This document shows positions 1-15,931 of a stretch of 64,000 bases of DNA, piece by piece. Under the pieces are notes generated by a model. The model saw only the letters and a program-made list of their open reading frames with translations, was not told the DNA's origin and made no database searches. Positions within the stretch are counted from its first letter, which is position 1. Each line of letters begins with the position of its first letter. This stretch comes from Eledone cirrhosa (taxonomy: Eukaryota): positions 115,568,001 to 115,632,000 of the forward strand of contig OZ024742.1 in assembly GCA_964016885.1 (NCBI GenBank), read 5' to 3'. A program made the translations under genes and the position numbers.

Positions 1-131
1 AAATAAGCTGGAACGAGGTAACGGACATGGTGACCACACTCACCCAGAAATGGGCCGAGAGAAAACTATCTCTGAATGTTTGAGCGGATTTTGCGAACGC
101 AGACATTGCGCCCATCATCTATTGCCGACAT
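1..131 (+). pseudogene. Degenerate fragment of L1/Tx1-clade ORF2 (post-RT region), cut by the window edge
   Basis: Frame 3 reads ISWNEVTDMVTTLTQKWAERKLSLNV*ADFANADIAPIIYCR. This aligns by eye with KNWDEVTSRVASLTQKLAERKQSLKGRAEVANAYIASVICYR in the 55680-58913 ORF. Confidence 0.75.
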
Positions 132-766
132 CGATATTCTCATTTCTATATTTCCCATCAAACACTTTGCTGTCCAAACAAGGCCGAAAATCACATGCAA
201 TGCTTCCATTCCAGCCATTTTGCAACGGTTACGAATCAGTTATTTAAATGTACTCCTAGTTGAACTAGTTAAAAGAGATTGCCTACTGGCGAGAATCTTG
301 ATCTTTGATTTAAGTAATACAAAAATGTTTATTTTTACCAGTCATTGGTACAATACTCTCTCAGATTCGAATCAGCTGTATATGTATAATTTAGGAACGA
401 AAAATAAATCATGTAATTTTCTTTTAGATTTTGATTAACTTTTTATCTTATCATATGTATTACAATATATAATTAATTTTTTTCTGTATTTAATTTTCTT
501 TTCTGTAATACACTTGTCACAGTATGCAATGGAATAGGTTTTTCGCATGTTACTTCAATTAAGCTCTTTCAGAATATATGTATGTATGTACATATATGTG
601 TGTGTATGTACACGCGCACACACATGCGTATGTGTGTGTTTATATGTACAGACTCACACATACACACTCATACTGTCTAAAACCATATTCCAGAAATAAA
701 ATTTATTTTACAACCCTACTTTTGCCAATGCCATTTACCTCTCTCACCCATATAATTTGTCTCTAG

Positions 767-1208
767 CCATTTTTTTATTCAGTCTGTCTATATATTTATT
801 TATTTATTTGCTTGTTTGTTTATTTTATTTTGTCTTCTTTGCGCATGCAAAAAAAAAAAAAAGAAAAAAAATGGCGTAGACATACAACACAACAGGAGGA
901 AAACATATAACACCACTGACAATGTTGCAGATGTGCAACGAAAGATTTATGTAAATTATGTAAACTATATATATGTGTTTGTGTCTATATTGTATCTGTA
1001 TTATTTTTGACCGTCGGTCAGTCAATGGCAACATTGAGGACCGATTAAGTTAGATCGCAGATATAAAAGACAGCGAGAAGCGAAAACCAACCAAACAGTG
1101 AGTGTGTTCTGTTATTAATTCTGGCAATATTACACAAATATGACCCTCCCCAAGTATAACAATATTTGTTTCGACACACGATTTCATATAAAAAACCTCG
1201 CTAAACTA
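767..1208 (+). mobile_element. Solo pseudo-LTR of PLE-A with a 5' inverted segment
   Basis: 849-1208 is the reverse complement of 21656-21970 extended by 25733-25800, ending in codons [23 protein letters not shown]. 767-848 is the adjacent element sequence in the opposite orientation (matches + strand 21955-22046). The HHR core at 916-943 is mutated (CTGACAA). Confidence 0.85.
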
Positions 1209-1251
1209 TATATATATATATATATATCTGTATATATGTATATAATATATA

Positions 1252-1934
1252 TTTCTAGGGCGGGTAAAATTCCCGAGATCCATGGACGAGTTCTCTCCAG
1301 CAGTCTCTGTCCCTCATTATCGCTGCCATGTCCTGTGTCTCCAACAGACCTGTGTCTGTCCTTAGGGCATCAACAAACGTTAACCTTGATCTTCATCTTC
1401 CAGTGTGTCCATGTAGCGGCTCCCACAGGAGCACTGAGTGCAATGTCAACTCTGGATGTCGGTGAGCATGTCCAGCTAACCTCAGTCTCCTCTGTGTCAA
1501 TTTTTAGCTGACTTTTGGGAGGCTCCCATACAGCTCTGAGGTTTCATCCTCAGTGTATACTGATTAATGTTCAGAGCCATCCTCAGCATTCGTGTGGGAC
1601 TGAGAATGAAGGAGACTAAAACAAAATATCTGGTAGAGAATGTTGAGAAGCCAGAGGGCATCACTAATGTAGGCGGGAAGCCGCTAGAATTGGTTGAGGA
1701 CTTCCTGTATTTGGGAGCAAAGATTGGGAATACGGAAGATGATGTGGTTGAGAGGAAGTGCAAGGCCTGGGCGGTGTGCCACAGCTTGAGGTCGGTGTGG
1801 CAGTCGGAACTTCGTAAAGACCTGAAAATCTGCCTCTTCATTCCTGTACGGGAATCTGTGCTGCTGTACGGGTCTGAGACTTGGACACTGACCAAGAAAC
1901 TCACTCAGATTGTGAATTGGTGCTACACGAGAAT
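1252..1934 (-). mobile_element. 5'-truncated RTE-clade LINE with a 5' inversion
   Basis: The - strand 1252-1594 is the 3' end (TRMLRMALN...LAGHAHRH). The + strand 1593-1934 encodes the immediately upstream part (FLYLG...LLYGSETWTLTKK...CYTR). Flanked by (TA)n. Same family as 34270-34525. Confidence 0.85.
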
Positions 1935-2110
1935 ATATACATATATATATATATATGTGGACCATAAGGCACCAGAGTACTCGATAATATGGGTAATAGA
2001 AAAAGTGTCAAGAACCCAACGACTGAGCTCCGGACGTATTGAAAGCTATCTCTGAACGTTCAGAGATAGTTGTCGAGGTCCTGACTCTTTTCCTAATGTA
2101 TGTATATATA

Positions 2111-3954
<1,844 letters not shown>

Positions 3955-4147
3955 GTCTCGTATGGTGTTTTCATACATCACCTCAAATGAAAACTGACAA
4001 TTCCTCATGATGAAATTGATTTTGTTTCAAATTAATATATGCAGTACATTAATTTTTTTGTTTTGAGGACATTGTCCCCTGTTATCACAGACCTAATTCC
4101 GACCGTGTTAACCAATCTTCTAGGGCGGCCATATAAGATGGGCTGCT

Positions 4148-4332
4148 GTGGATTGGCAGTATCGGTAGAGGGTCGGACACCATGCTTTGCAGCATAGAGT
4201 TACGGCCCTTTATGATTTGAGTTCAAATCCCGCCGAGGTTGACTTTGCCTTTCATCCTTACGGGGTCGATAAAATAAAGTACCAGTAATGCACTGGGTAA
4301 TTGCTGGCCTTGTGCCTAAAGTAGAAACAATT
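4148..4332 (+). mobile_element. tRNA-derived SINE, full length (~185 bp)
   Basis: A-box-like TGGCAGTATCGG, B-box GAGTTCAAATCCC, central GACTTTGCCTTTCATCC...GGGGTCGATAAAATAAAGTACCAG (Nin/Deu-like core, from recall). At least 8 clear copies in the window. Confidence 0.9.
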
Positions 4333-4939
4333 AATTTGTATTTTTATAGTCCTTTGTTTTGATTTATTTCCGCGTTATTTTCCAAGAACGTTTATCCCCA
4401 CATGCTATTAAACACCGCTCATATATCAGGAGTGCAACTAAAACCGGCAAACGGAGGAAATCTTCAAGTGAATCACCAAATACAGTATAATGTGCAAAAA
4501 GTCTTGAGAGTAAATGGCCAAGTCAACAAGAACGACGATCTTAAATCTCTGGAATTCAACAGATTATGAGGCAGAAAACAGAAATATTAGGACAACCATA
4601 AATTATAGAAACTATCATCAATCGTGATTGTTAGATTGTTTTTTTCATAAAGTATTTGTGGAGCGAGAAAATTAAAAGGAAAAACTCTTGGTATGTGTTA
4701 CTTATGAGGAAATGTCAGAGTTCCACCTGATAATGTACTCTGCGACTGTTATCCGTATACTGCTTACAATCTATATTAACGATTTTAAACACTTCAGGAT
4801 CAACGATAAGTGTTGTGATGCTCCGTTTATAATGACTATGGTTATTTCACATCATTCAAATCCAAGGCAAATGCTACCATTTGATAGGTGATAAATAATA
4901 AATCTTCCTCATTTCCATGCGCTAATTGTGTGTAGAAAC

Positions 4940-6745
4940 CACATTCACATAGATTGAAATTGATAACATCATTAGTCCCGAAGATGACGCAGAACTATTT
5001 GCCATTTTTTCAAAACGAATGATACACGGACTTTGTGGCATCATCCACCCCAAGCGTGTGTACATGATAGGTACCAGATGTGAAAAATCATATTCAAGTT
5101 CTTTTTAAGAAGAAACCATAAATGGAGATGATGGATATCCTCAGAAAGACGTAAAAGCCCTGAATTTGGTGAAGAATCTGTGATTATCAAGATACAAGAT
5201 CCAGACGTTCAGGCTGGTTACAATTGGATTGTTCCATCATTGACAAAATCCATCATTGACGCTCACATCAATTTTGAGTAAAACGCATCAGTCAAATCAA
5301 TTATGTATGTTTGTAAATATGTCAACAAACTAGTGGTATAGCAAACTTTACTATTGTTGGCAACACCTAAATAATTGTTTCTACTTTAGGCACAAGGCCA
5401 GCAATTACCCAGTACATTACTGGCACTTTATTTTATCGACCCCGTAAGGATGAAAGGGAAAGTTAACCTCGGCGGGATTTGAACTCAGACCGTAAAGGGA
5501 CGTAACTATGCTAGAAAGCATGGCGTCCGACTCTCTACCGATACTGCCAATTCTAAATAATGAATTTACGTATCTAACGTATCTAACGGGAAGATATATT
5601 TCTAGCAATGAAGTCATATGGTGCACCTTTGGTTTCGACATATAAAATAGATGCCCATCGGTACTGAACCTTTCAGTCCACTTCAAATATGTTCAGTGAG
5701 TAAACTGCACTGATGAAAATGCACAATTGATGGTTGATTCTTCTCGAGACACAACTGTAACTGTTTTTTTAAAGCTTTGTGTAGAAGATGCCTTTTTTAA
5801 AACCTTCCTTTATCATGAGATATGTTTCTCTATTCTATACATAGATAGAAAGAAATGGCGCTGAAGAGATATAGGTAATCATGTCAATTGATATCAAGAC
5901 ATCAAAGGAAGTGATGCAATAGGAAGGGTTTATATGATCCAGCCTTTACATAGGGAAGGTTTACATTTCAGGTTGCTCCTTCACACTGTTAAAGACCCAA
6001 CATCATTTCAAAATATCAAATATCTAACGTGATATCCATATGCTGAAGCATGTAACTTACATGGCGTACGTAAAGATGGGCAATGTTGGAAACAGGCATT
6101 AGAAGATACCGCTGCAATATCAATGCCTAAACACATTCGACAACTCTCCCCTCTAATGCTCACTATGTGCAATATTTCAGAACCCGTGAATCTCTGGGAA
6201 AGTTCTAATAAAGACTGTTCGGAATATATTGCACAGGAGCAAACTACAAAACTAGCATTAATATAGATATCTCTTCACCTATAGATAATGAAGCACTGGC
6301 AGAGATAAACAACCATTTTAGTGAAATTGGCTGATCCCTTAGGGATTGTGGTATTCCAGGACCCTAGGACGCAGCTGCATGTCGTAGTGCACAGGATGAT
6401 TAATGGAGGCGAAATATATCAACAATCTTATACAGTATGTCAATGAAAAGAGAAAAAGCGGAGTGAAGATCAAAGAATTGCTTATGAAACAATAATGACC
6501 AGTATCAGCCAGAGAGAAGGAAGCCTTTACTTCTTCGATGTTACAAGGGAAGCTGGTAAAACCTTCATAATAACGTTCATTTTGGCAAAGGTAAGGCAGC
6601 AAAATTAAATTGATTCGGTTGTTACATCAAATGGTACTGCTACTACATTACTTGATGCCGACAAACAGCTCACTCAATGTTCATGTTGCCATTGATTGTT
6701 ATATGAGAAGAGTCCGATTCGTGCAATATCAAAAGGAACACGCCA
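4940..6745 (+). pseudogene. Decayed Helitron Rep/Pif1-helicase coding remnant
   Basis: Motifs across shifted frames: MIHGLCG, GDDGYP, AHINFE, YVCKYVNK, GRYISSNE, IGRVY...LLLHTVKDPTSF, and the helicase Walker A region YFFDVTREAGKTF...TTLL...TAHSMF. Many stops. Confidence 0.9.
5374..5552 (-). mobile_element. SINE copy inserted into the Helitron, with a target-site duplication
   Basis: Reverse complement of the 4148 SINE. CTAAATAAT is duplicated at 5367-5375 and 5553-5561. Confidence 0.9.
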
Positions 6746-6825
6746 AATGCAAAACTTTCCGAGATATTCTTCCTGGTCATATGGGATGAGGCCAAGTATT
6801 ATGTTTTTCTTCTTTTTAGTCTCTA

Positions 6826-7114
<289 letters not shown>

Positions 7115-8302
7115 AGAAGGTTAAATTCACAACAGTTTCAGCAGTCGGATTTGCGCGCCCTACTGGGGAATTGTAACTTCCTCAACACACCAGACTGATT
7201 ATCGTCTTACGGTTATTGTTGCGATTAAGTATTTTATGGAACGGATGAAAACTTCGGAGGTCTGGTTGTCAATTAGATTAGAGATAAAAATTTTACTTAG
7301 ACTTGTGCAAAATAGAAAGACATAACTCGTTCTTCAGTTTGGGAATCTTTTGTGAGTGCAACACAAATATAACATCGTGTTTATCTAAAACGTTTCTTGG
7401 ATGCTAAATAGATATTCGTTAGTATTTCTATTTCGGTTGTGTTAGGAATATACTATAGAAGGGGAAGTTTCTTAAAGAGGGTTGAGTACATGCTTGGATT
7501 GCAAGACGGTGGATTTTGACTGCCTCGGTTCTCCCAATTACGTACGACGTATGTCAGCACGTTGGGAAGCGGTTGTAAAAGTCAGCCCTTATCTTTTTAC
7601 GTGTTTTTGTAGAATGTAGCAGTGTTAATATATTCTATGGTAACATTTTAGCACAAATGCCTCCTTATGGAGACGAAAACATTAGAATGTTTAGCAAAAG
7701 CATGAGGCATATATCATACTTAACGACCATCAATATGACATAATTAATAGCCCCAATTACAGGTATATAAAGATTCGACGTTCTCCCCCTTCCGTAAAAA
7801 CGTTCTAGTATTCCTAAGAACAACCATAATGAAGATGACGGACTGCACAAATCTCAATTACGCAGCGAAACACGCGCATTCTACAGATAAATTTAACCTA
7901 ATTTTCAATATTGAAATATGTCCCTCGGAACATGAATATAATTTTATATATATATATTATGCAATATATACATATATTATATATATCATATATATATATA
8001 TATACATATATATATGTATATATATATATATTATATATATAATATATATAATGCATAATATATGCAGGCAGAGAGTGCAGTGCATCCTACTGCTGCATTA
8101 AGTGTGGTCGAAACTCGAATCCGAGAAATAATATAGGCAATCATTTACGTGTGTTTTATTGAAGCGTATAAATATGTGTATACTCTGGAATGTGTTCTAC
8201 ATTATCTATTGAGTACGCTGAAATACAACCGGTCCTGGCATTGTTAAATATGCTGGGTCCGTCAACTCATTATTATATATATATATATATATGTATATAT
8301 AC

Positions 8303-8340
<38 letters not shown>

Positions 8341-8344
<4 letters not shown>

Positions 8345-8497
8345 AAGATGAAAACGAAAATGCAACTGGAGTCTTATTTCTTTAAAAATAAGACTCCAGT
8401 TGCATTTTCGATTTCATCTTTTTTTCTTTATACTTTCACTCGTGTAGGACACCTCGGTTATTTTTTCATTTTGTAAAAAAGAAACTCAGTTTCTAAT
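8341..8497 (+). repeat. Terminal fragment of a dispersed repeat (also at 33359-33470) with a fold-back 5' end
   Basis: 8386-8497 matches 33359-33470. 8345-8379 is an inverted copy of 8386-8420 (1 mismatch in 35). Confidence 0.75.
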
Positions 8498-8522
8498 ATA
8501 TATATATATATAACATTTTTGA

Positions 8523-8917
8523 GATGTACTTAACAATAGCAAAAACAAACACTAAAGATAGCCTCACCCTAGAAAGAATTTCTATAGACTGTTGACTGAG
8601 GAATGCTCTCGCAACTGACCAATGGGAAGCGTGGATCTTACACATCTTTCTAACTTTGAGATTGGTTATAATACACACAGATTTTATTTGATTATCTTAT
8701 TGTATTATCTACCATATTATTCCTACTACCAATTTATCATTTTTATCATTTTATCATTTTTTTAACTGACTCTAACACCAATACCACTACCAACATAAGA
8801 CTAGATGTCAGATGTACTTAACAATAACATGAACAACCACTACAGATTGCCTCGCCTCAGAATGAATTTCTATAGACTTTTGACTGAGGAATGTTCTCAC
8901 AACTGTGCAATAGGAGG
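8523..8917. repeat. Diverged ~105-bp direct repeat pair (8523-8628 and 8811-8917)
   Basis: GATGTACTTAACAATA...GAATTTCTATAGACT.TTGACTGAGGAATG.TCTC.CAACTG is present twice. Confidence 0.7.
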
Positions 8918-9068
8918 AGAGGATGTCCTCTGATGCTGAAATTCGTTTGTTTAAATTCATATGATTCCAGTTCCTCAGTTGAATAACAACCCAACAAGGA
9001 ACTGAAGAGTATTGACAAAGTTAAACACCTCGACAACATGTGTACTCGTCTCTACCACACTAATTCGG

Positions 9069-9123
9069 ACTGCCTGAAGAGGTCACAGCCAAAGATGGCT
9101 GTCACCGATATATATATAGTAGT
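9069..9123 (+). ncRNA. Type I hammerhead-like motif, probably decayed
   Basis: ACTGC-CTGAAGA-GGT(C)ACAGCCA/TGGCTGT(C)ACC-GATA-TATATA-TA-GTAGT, then AATAAA. Stems I and II pair, but GAAA is changed to GATA. Confidence 0.6.
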
Positions 9124-11637
9124 AATAAACGAAGCCACATTTTAAATATTTGACTTATTTATTTTAGTTTATTTTACATTACTCCGGAGTAACCAAACCA
9201 ACCTGCGCACATAGTCGGGTGCTCCAATCTGCATACTAGGTGTTGGTATACAACCAACATATACTAAAAGAAAGAAAAAAAAAATATATATATGCAACAT
9301 TTATATATTCCATTTAAATAAAATGATAATTTTCTTATTTCTCGTTTCGAGTCGATTTCATTATCTAATTAGTTTTAACCAAATTATTTCTACAATTTTG
9401 CCGGCTTCTAAAATTCCATTAGTGTTTCTATGATATTATTTCCAATTGAATTATATGTGACAATATATAAATTATAACAAGTCATAGTTCCTGCTTACAA
9501 TGATTTTATGCTTTCATTCTACTGTGTGGAGTTTACATTTACCAAAAAAAAGATCATATATAACCTACATGTATAACATTCTATTTTCTAAACATACTAA
9601 TGTAAAGAAATTACTTTAACATATTCGGTCCTTTTAAGACATATTATAGAACAATATAGGGAAACAAATATGCTAAGGGAATATTGTTGGTGTGCCTGCG
9701 AACCCGATTAAAATTCTTAAAATCAGCTAGATGTCCTTGGTAATACGATTAGGGCTCTTCCCCTCGAAATGTTAACTATGTTGTAAGGTAAACGTTTAAC
9801 AGAGAATTCACAGCTCAACTCTCCACGCGGTACACACACTTAATGATATTTTACGAACCTTATAAAATAATATACTGACAATATACGCTAGTATGCTGTG
9901 TCACTTTCATATTTCAAACACATTAGGGGAAACAGCAGATAAATAAGCTAGGTCACATAACAAATATTTTCATATAATCACGATGTAAAACCGCTCTATT
10001 TGTTTCCTGTGTGTCATACGCTGTCCCTCTTTGTCGGTCTCCCGTTTTCTCTCCCTCACATGACAGCTTCCATAACAACATTCCAATCACTAATTTCGAA
10101 ACAAAGATGAAACCTTTGAGGCGGCGTTGAGTTGATTTAATGGATTTGAGAACGGCTTATTTTAATAATGTTTACTCCGACGTTTCGGAACACACAGCAT
10201 AGGAGAACACAGTGAGTGAAACTCTGAGATATTACTCTTAGCTTTCTATTATTCCACATAACTCTTACATTATTCTATTAACGTAGTTTTTCTTCTCCGT
10301 ACAAAAACCATGTAATTGATATTTATTTGCTTGTTAGAAATGTTTCAAGACAATTTGGAGCGATATGCGGCTATATATTTATTATTATAAACAACAATTT
10401 ATGTGTGCGAAACAATATTCTATCGCAAAAAAAGGAGAGTGTTTTCAGATAATAGCTTTTCAGTTGATGAGCTGTGGCTAGAAGTTGTTAAGATGCAATG
10501 CTCTAATATTGAAAAATAACTACTAAAATGTCAAGCCTTACAAGAGAAATCTCTTGAAATAGAGAGTCAGGTAATCATTTTACCCTAAAACTGCTTGAAG
10601 CAGTCATTAAAATATTCTCTCATTTACAGTTGGAATGAATATTATTCACATCTAAATAAAACTATCATATTATCTCTCTACAAAACCAATTTTCACTAAC
10701 GCACCATTGTTTATTCCGTTCAATTATGTCAGGTGTAATGAAATAAATAAGCCAGCCTTAAAATTCCGTCACCTCACATGACATACACGGACGTCTCACA
10801 AATATGCAAATATTAATTATCTTAAAAAGAAATGCACAACATCTAAAATATTCTACCCTATGTTATTGGTTATAACACGTTGAGAAATATCTGGAGGGCT
10901 TCTGCAACAGATCACAAGCCTGATACTATAAAGGATAAGCACAAGCCCAATCATCTAAATTACTAAAAATATAAGCACAAGCCCAATCATCATATTATCT
11001 CTAAATGTGTAATCGGCCTTGGTTTTCAGGATTACTAAGAGAAAATCCGGTTCTAATTTAGTAAATTCATACAATTAGATAGTTGGTGATATTATGGACG
11101 TCACATTAATTCGATTTCCTCCGATATTCACGATGCACTGAGAAATGAGGTATAAAGCAAGCTTGTTTATATCTAATAATGTGAGTGATGACTACAAGAT
11201 CAGCATGCAATATAGATGTTAAGTTCATGCCATCAATGTAAATATTATATCCAACTGTTGAGAATGTAGCAATCTATTTAGAACCAAAGGATGATGATCT
11301 ATAAAATTTAAAATAGTCATATCGTACTAATTTTAGAAACGTACAACGTTTGTTTTACATCAGAGACATCCAAATAAGAATAGCCTTTGGAAATGATAGC
11401 CAAATATTTATGAATGCAACTTACATTAGAAAAATAACATTACTCAAATTGTAAATGCAAACATTTTTCCATCTAACAATTTGCTTCGCTAATTTAAAAG
11501 ATACTTTTCAATTATTCTATTGATTGCTAAGATTAGTCAGCTCTCTGCCTCACAGATGAGTAATAAAAGTCCATTACATAAAGGCTATTTATTCGCATCG
11601 ATGTTGTGTAACATATTCATTAGCGTCTTACTATCAA

Positions 11638-12255
11638 GGCGGCGAATTGGCTGAATCATAAGGGCGTCGGACAAATGTATATTCTTATACATTTCTATTC
11701 TCTGCCTTTGAGCCCAAATCATATGATCGATAAATAAATTACCAGTAGAATGTATGGTAGCAGAAACGTTAAAGAGTCAAGTTTCATGTTTTACGATATC
11801 TCCCTCAGCGTGTTGTTTCCAATAACACACCTTCCAAGTTGTATCGACGTTTATTTTTCCATTTAGATAACATTAGTATCACGGAAACTGGCAAGCATGC
11901 ATTTCTGGCAGGGAAATTTACATGCATAGATGACTTATGCTTATCCGGAAATAACAACTTGCCTGATCATTTCCACTTGAGAAATGTCAAGTTTAGATCC
12001 ATGGTAATCAGCATTATATATATGTTGTATATTTGCTTGACTTGAGGGTAAAGATTTGGAACTACTTGTATTGGTGCAAATATTATTTACCTTCGTAGTA
12101 ATGGTAGAGTGCCAGACAAAAGAAATTTCGGTGTTTAGTTTCGACTCTCTACGTTCTAACATCAAATACTGACATGGTCAAATTCGCATTTCTTCCTTCC
12201 TGGGCCTATAAAATTAACTAACACTTAAATACTGGAGACGATATAATTGATTTTC
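11638..12255 (+). mobile_element. Two old, degraded SINE-like remnants (~11638-11770 and ~12100-12255)
   Basis: GGCGGCGAATTGGCTGAATC...GTCGGACAAATG...GATCGATAAA...TACCAGT and GGTAGAGTGCCAGACAAA... resemble the SINE head and core. Confidence 0.45.
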
Positions 12256-15200
12256 ACTTTACTTATATTTCTCGTTTTCAAGGTACATGAGATATTATTT
12301 TTAACCTCTGATTAAGGAGCTCAATGATCAAACGTGATTCCGCCTTGCAATATTGCCTTTCTCTTTTCAGTATATTGATATATATCTAACTTTACATTAT
12401 ACAACATTTCTTTATAAAACAACTTATTTTCATTAGCCAATCGAATGACAAGTTAATGAACTTCTTGTTAGTTTGGTTAATACTATTTTAGGGGGAGATA
12501 ATATCATGTACTGCAAAAATATATTTTGTAGTTGAATAATATTGAAAATGTTTTAACGGCGTATAATGATTAAATTTAATAAACACAGTCAATATTGAAA
12601 TGAAATGATAGCATTTGGGTGTCGTTTAGTTTCAAAACCAAAGAAAGAAATGGCAATTGGTGTATTCCCTTTGAGAGAAGCGACATACTTATGCTACGAA
12701 AGTGAACGATATTGTTCAGATATATTAGTCTTAATCAAGGAAACTTGCTAAGAAAAGCAATCGTTTTGGATTCAATAATTTTCGATGTTTCATTGTAGTT
12801 GAAATTACATGGAATATTAATGATTGAGATTAATAGCAAACGGAATAGCAATAGATATATTTGGGGACTTATTTTAAATTGTATTTATTTTCATCCTTTA
12901 ATCATATAATCGAAAATCGAAACCAAGTTGTGATCGACTAACCGGTTTCAATGTGTTGAAAACTTGAATAACGAATGAAAGCAAAAGGCCATCCCTAAAG
13001 ATTTCTTGTGTTATAAGAAATAAATGTTGATGCGATAAAACCTTATATCTATGACTAATTGTTGCTGCTTTTGGAGCTAAGTGTGGTTTATCTACGTTAC
13101 GCTCACTTAATATGTTGCCAAATATTTAATTCTATCAGATCTGAACATGATGCTAGTAGCAATTACGGATATCTTCCGCGCAAAAGAACAATACCACTAT
13201 CTAAATTGATCTATTGATACGTCTCATTTTCTCTCAAGATATATAGTCTAGACTTAAGAATGTTGTTTTATTGTTTTGTTTTGTTTTTTTTTTCAAATAT
13301 TGACAAGATTAACATTTTTAATCATGTTCTCAAATCTGGCTTTCGTCAACGACTTCCGTTTTAATCGTCATTTATTATAAAGAATAATGATACAGTTCTT
13401 CTTTAAATTCCACGAACAATGTAGTTGCCTCAAAACTAATTTGATCCTAACATTCTTTCTTTCATGGAATATTCATGTTTTATTAGCAAATTTTATTTCC
13501 GAGAATTTTAGCTAAATTCAAACAAATATTTGTTACATCTGACGTCAACAACGTAGCTATATTTATACTACAAGATTCAGTGTATAATATGAAAGTTGGT
13601 AATCTAATAAAATAAATAAACAGTAATGGGAAAACATCCTAACTTACTCTTTTTTAGTTGGATTAAGTAACTGAAGAAAAGAATTATATCAACATCGAAA
13701 GATCAGTAGCGATATTTCTAAATCGTTAGCTTAATGTTGCAGTTACCGAAATTATCTGTGTTATTTTATACTTCCCATGACGTGTACCACAAATTTATAG
13801 GCACTAAGTTATAATCACATAGCTCAGAGAAGTTTCCGAAAGACCATGCATATGTAATTACCACATATACCTTAATTTATACTTTATTTTTTCCAATTAT
13901 GTCTGTATGTTGTATTTTATTTTATAACAGGCTACATATGGCTATGATAAAGACACATTTTCAGCAATATTCCATTTGATTATATGATGTCCGGTTTATT
14001 CAATCACCTGAGAATATTACGCAGAAAATATCTGATAGGTACGACAGAATAATTTAAGGACAAGGCGCAACTTAAGATGATATAACATTTGCCAAACAAA
14101 AAAAGAAAATCACAATAATAATTCATTTCTTTTTAAATATGTGATAAATAACTTCCTTTCATAATATTTCTTCGACTGCCACAAATATATTTCTATGAAA
14201 ATCGCATTTGCGATTTATTCTATCTCAGTAATTTAACGAATTTATTCACCATATTTCGCTTAATAAATGAGAAGAAAAAAAATAATAATGTGGTCCACTG
14301 CAGCTGCACCCCTCAGACAAGATAGTGAAAATATCGTCACGTGCCTTGTTCTTTAATATATTTGTACCATTTTTGCGGCGAAAAACGACAGGAAGGTGAC
14401 CGATGACAGTGGAGGTCTCGACTGTGACCTCGGTCAGGTCATGATATTTGTATAACATCCAGTCCTCTGCTTTACAGGTGCCATTACTAGGGTCTGAGGA
14501 TCCAGCAACAAGAGAAGAGATGGCGAAGTTGTCGCAGCCCATGTCGCCCAATATTAGTCATATATAAAAGAAAATTCATTAAATAATATTTGAAATTTGA
14601 ATGTTGAAGAACGAAACAAAAATACACTTAGTCTGGTTGGATTTATCTTTGAAATGTCAGATCTTCGAGGAATCCTGTACATGGGAATATCTACTGCAAT
14701 GAAAAGCTTTCAAATATAGAAGAATCATATCACACCGTCTCATAATCTAATAAAATGAGGAGTCCATATCACTTAACGTAGATTTAAATAAATGAGGAAA
14801 GCAAATTGATGGACAATTGTCGTAGGACGTACATCATAGTTCAGCTCAATCCCAGTTTGATTGAGATGAACCAATAAACACAACATTCCTTACTAAATTC
14901 AATAGTCCCAATATATATTTCTTCAAAGATTAAGAGATGCGTCGTCATTGGTGGAATAGATTTACTCGGCAATGAAAGACCTTTGCTATTTTTAATGAAA
15001 TTAGCTTCGCAAATATATAGAATTTAAATACGTTATACCAATGACAGTGAGGTTAAGAATTTTACTTTGCAACGAAGTGATTTCAGGTTCATTTTAACTG
15101 CTTGATAACTTGGGCAACACTGCTTTATTGAAACTTTCGATTTACAAAGTAATTGTGAATGAAATTCAGTAAACAAACAGTATGTGGCAGGTTGTCATAT

Positions 15201-15536
15201 ATATATATATATGTATATATGTATAAATATATATATATATATACAAAATATTAACAAAGGGAAACTATATTTATAAAACCATATTTCTTTTATTATATAT
15301 ATTGCAAGGGCCACCAAGGCAGATTATGGTGCGCTTTCATAATATGAAATATAATACAGATTAGTTTTATAAATAAATATTGACATACCCTGAAAAAATG
15401 CAACCTCTCTGGTTTTATAAATATAGTTTGCATTTCTTAATATATTGTATATTTACTCCAATAATTTGTTGTGTGCTTTATATCAGTTATACAAATATTT
15501 TAGCTTGTTTTATCCCAACAAATTAAATATAACCTC

Positions 15537-15623
<87 letters not shown>

Positions 15624-15723
15624 TATATCATATATATATATATTATATGTATATATATATATATATATAATAGGACTTGTGAATGATATTCAGTACACAA
15701 ACAGTATGTGGCAGTCTCTCATG

Positions 15724-15770
<47 letters not shown>

Positions 15771-15838
15771 CATTATAAAGAAAGAAAAAACATTAGATAT
15801 AATTAATAAGATATACGATAGCCAAATTTCTTTATTAC

Positions 15839-15931
15839 TCCTCGACTACGTAGTTTCGTGGCTTACTATGCAAGAACACTACATCACAGAGGTGCAGTAT
15901 TTTTGTGAGGTTTGCCGACTTGTCAAGAGGA
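15839..15931 (-). ncRNA. Type I hammerhead ribozyme with U3-A8 core
   Basis: The - strand reads TCCTC-TTGACAA-GT(C)GGC...GCCAC-GAAA-CTACGTAG-TC-GAGGA, then AATAAA. Stem I is TCCTC/GAGGA, stem III is palindromic and the triplet is GUC. Confidence 0.75.

Noticed and set aside
4148-4235. tRNA gene
   Set aside because: The A and B boxes belong to a multi-copy SINE head, and there is no cloverleaf.
7130-7900. Possible decayed PLE RT (NVESLYT on -) and HHR-like ATGAAGA...GCAGCGAAAC at ~7829-7875
   Set aside because: Single short motifs with no supporting stems or neighbouring motifs; too weak to call.
10936-10991. 21-bp direct repeat ATAAGCACAAGCCCAATCATC x2
   Set aside because: A local duplication with no further structure.
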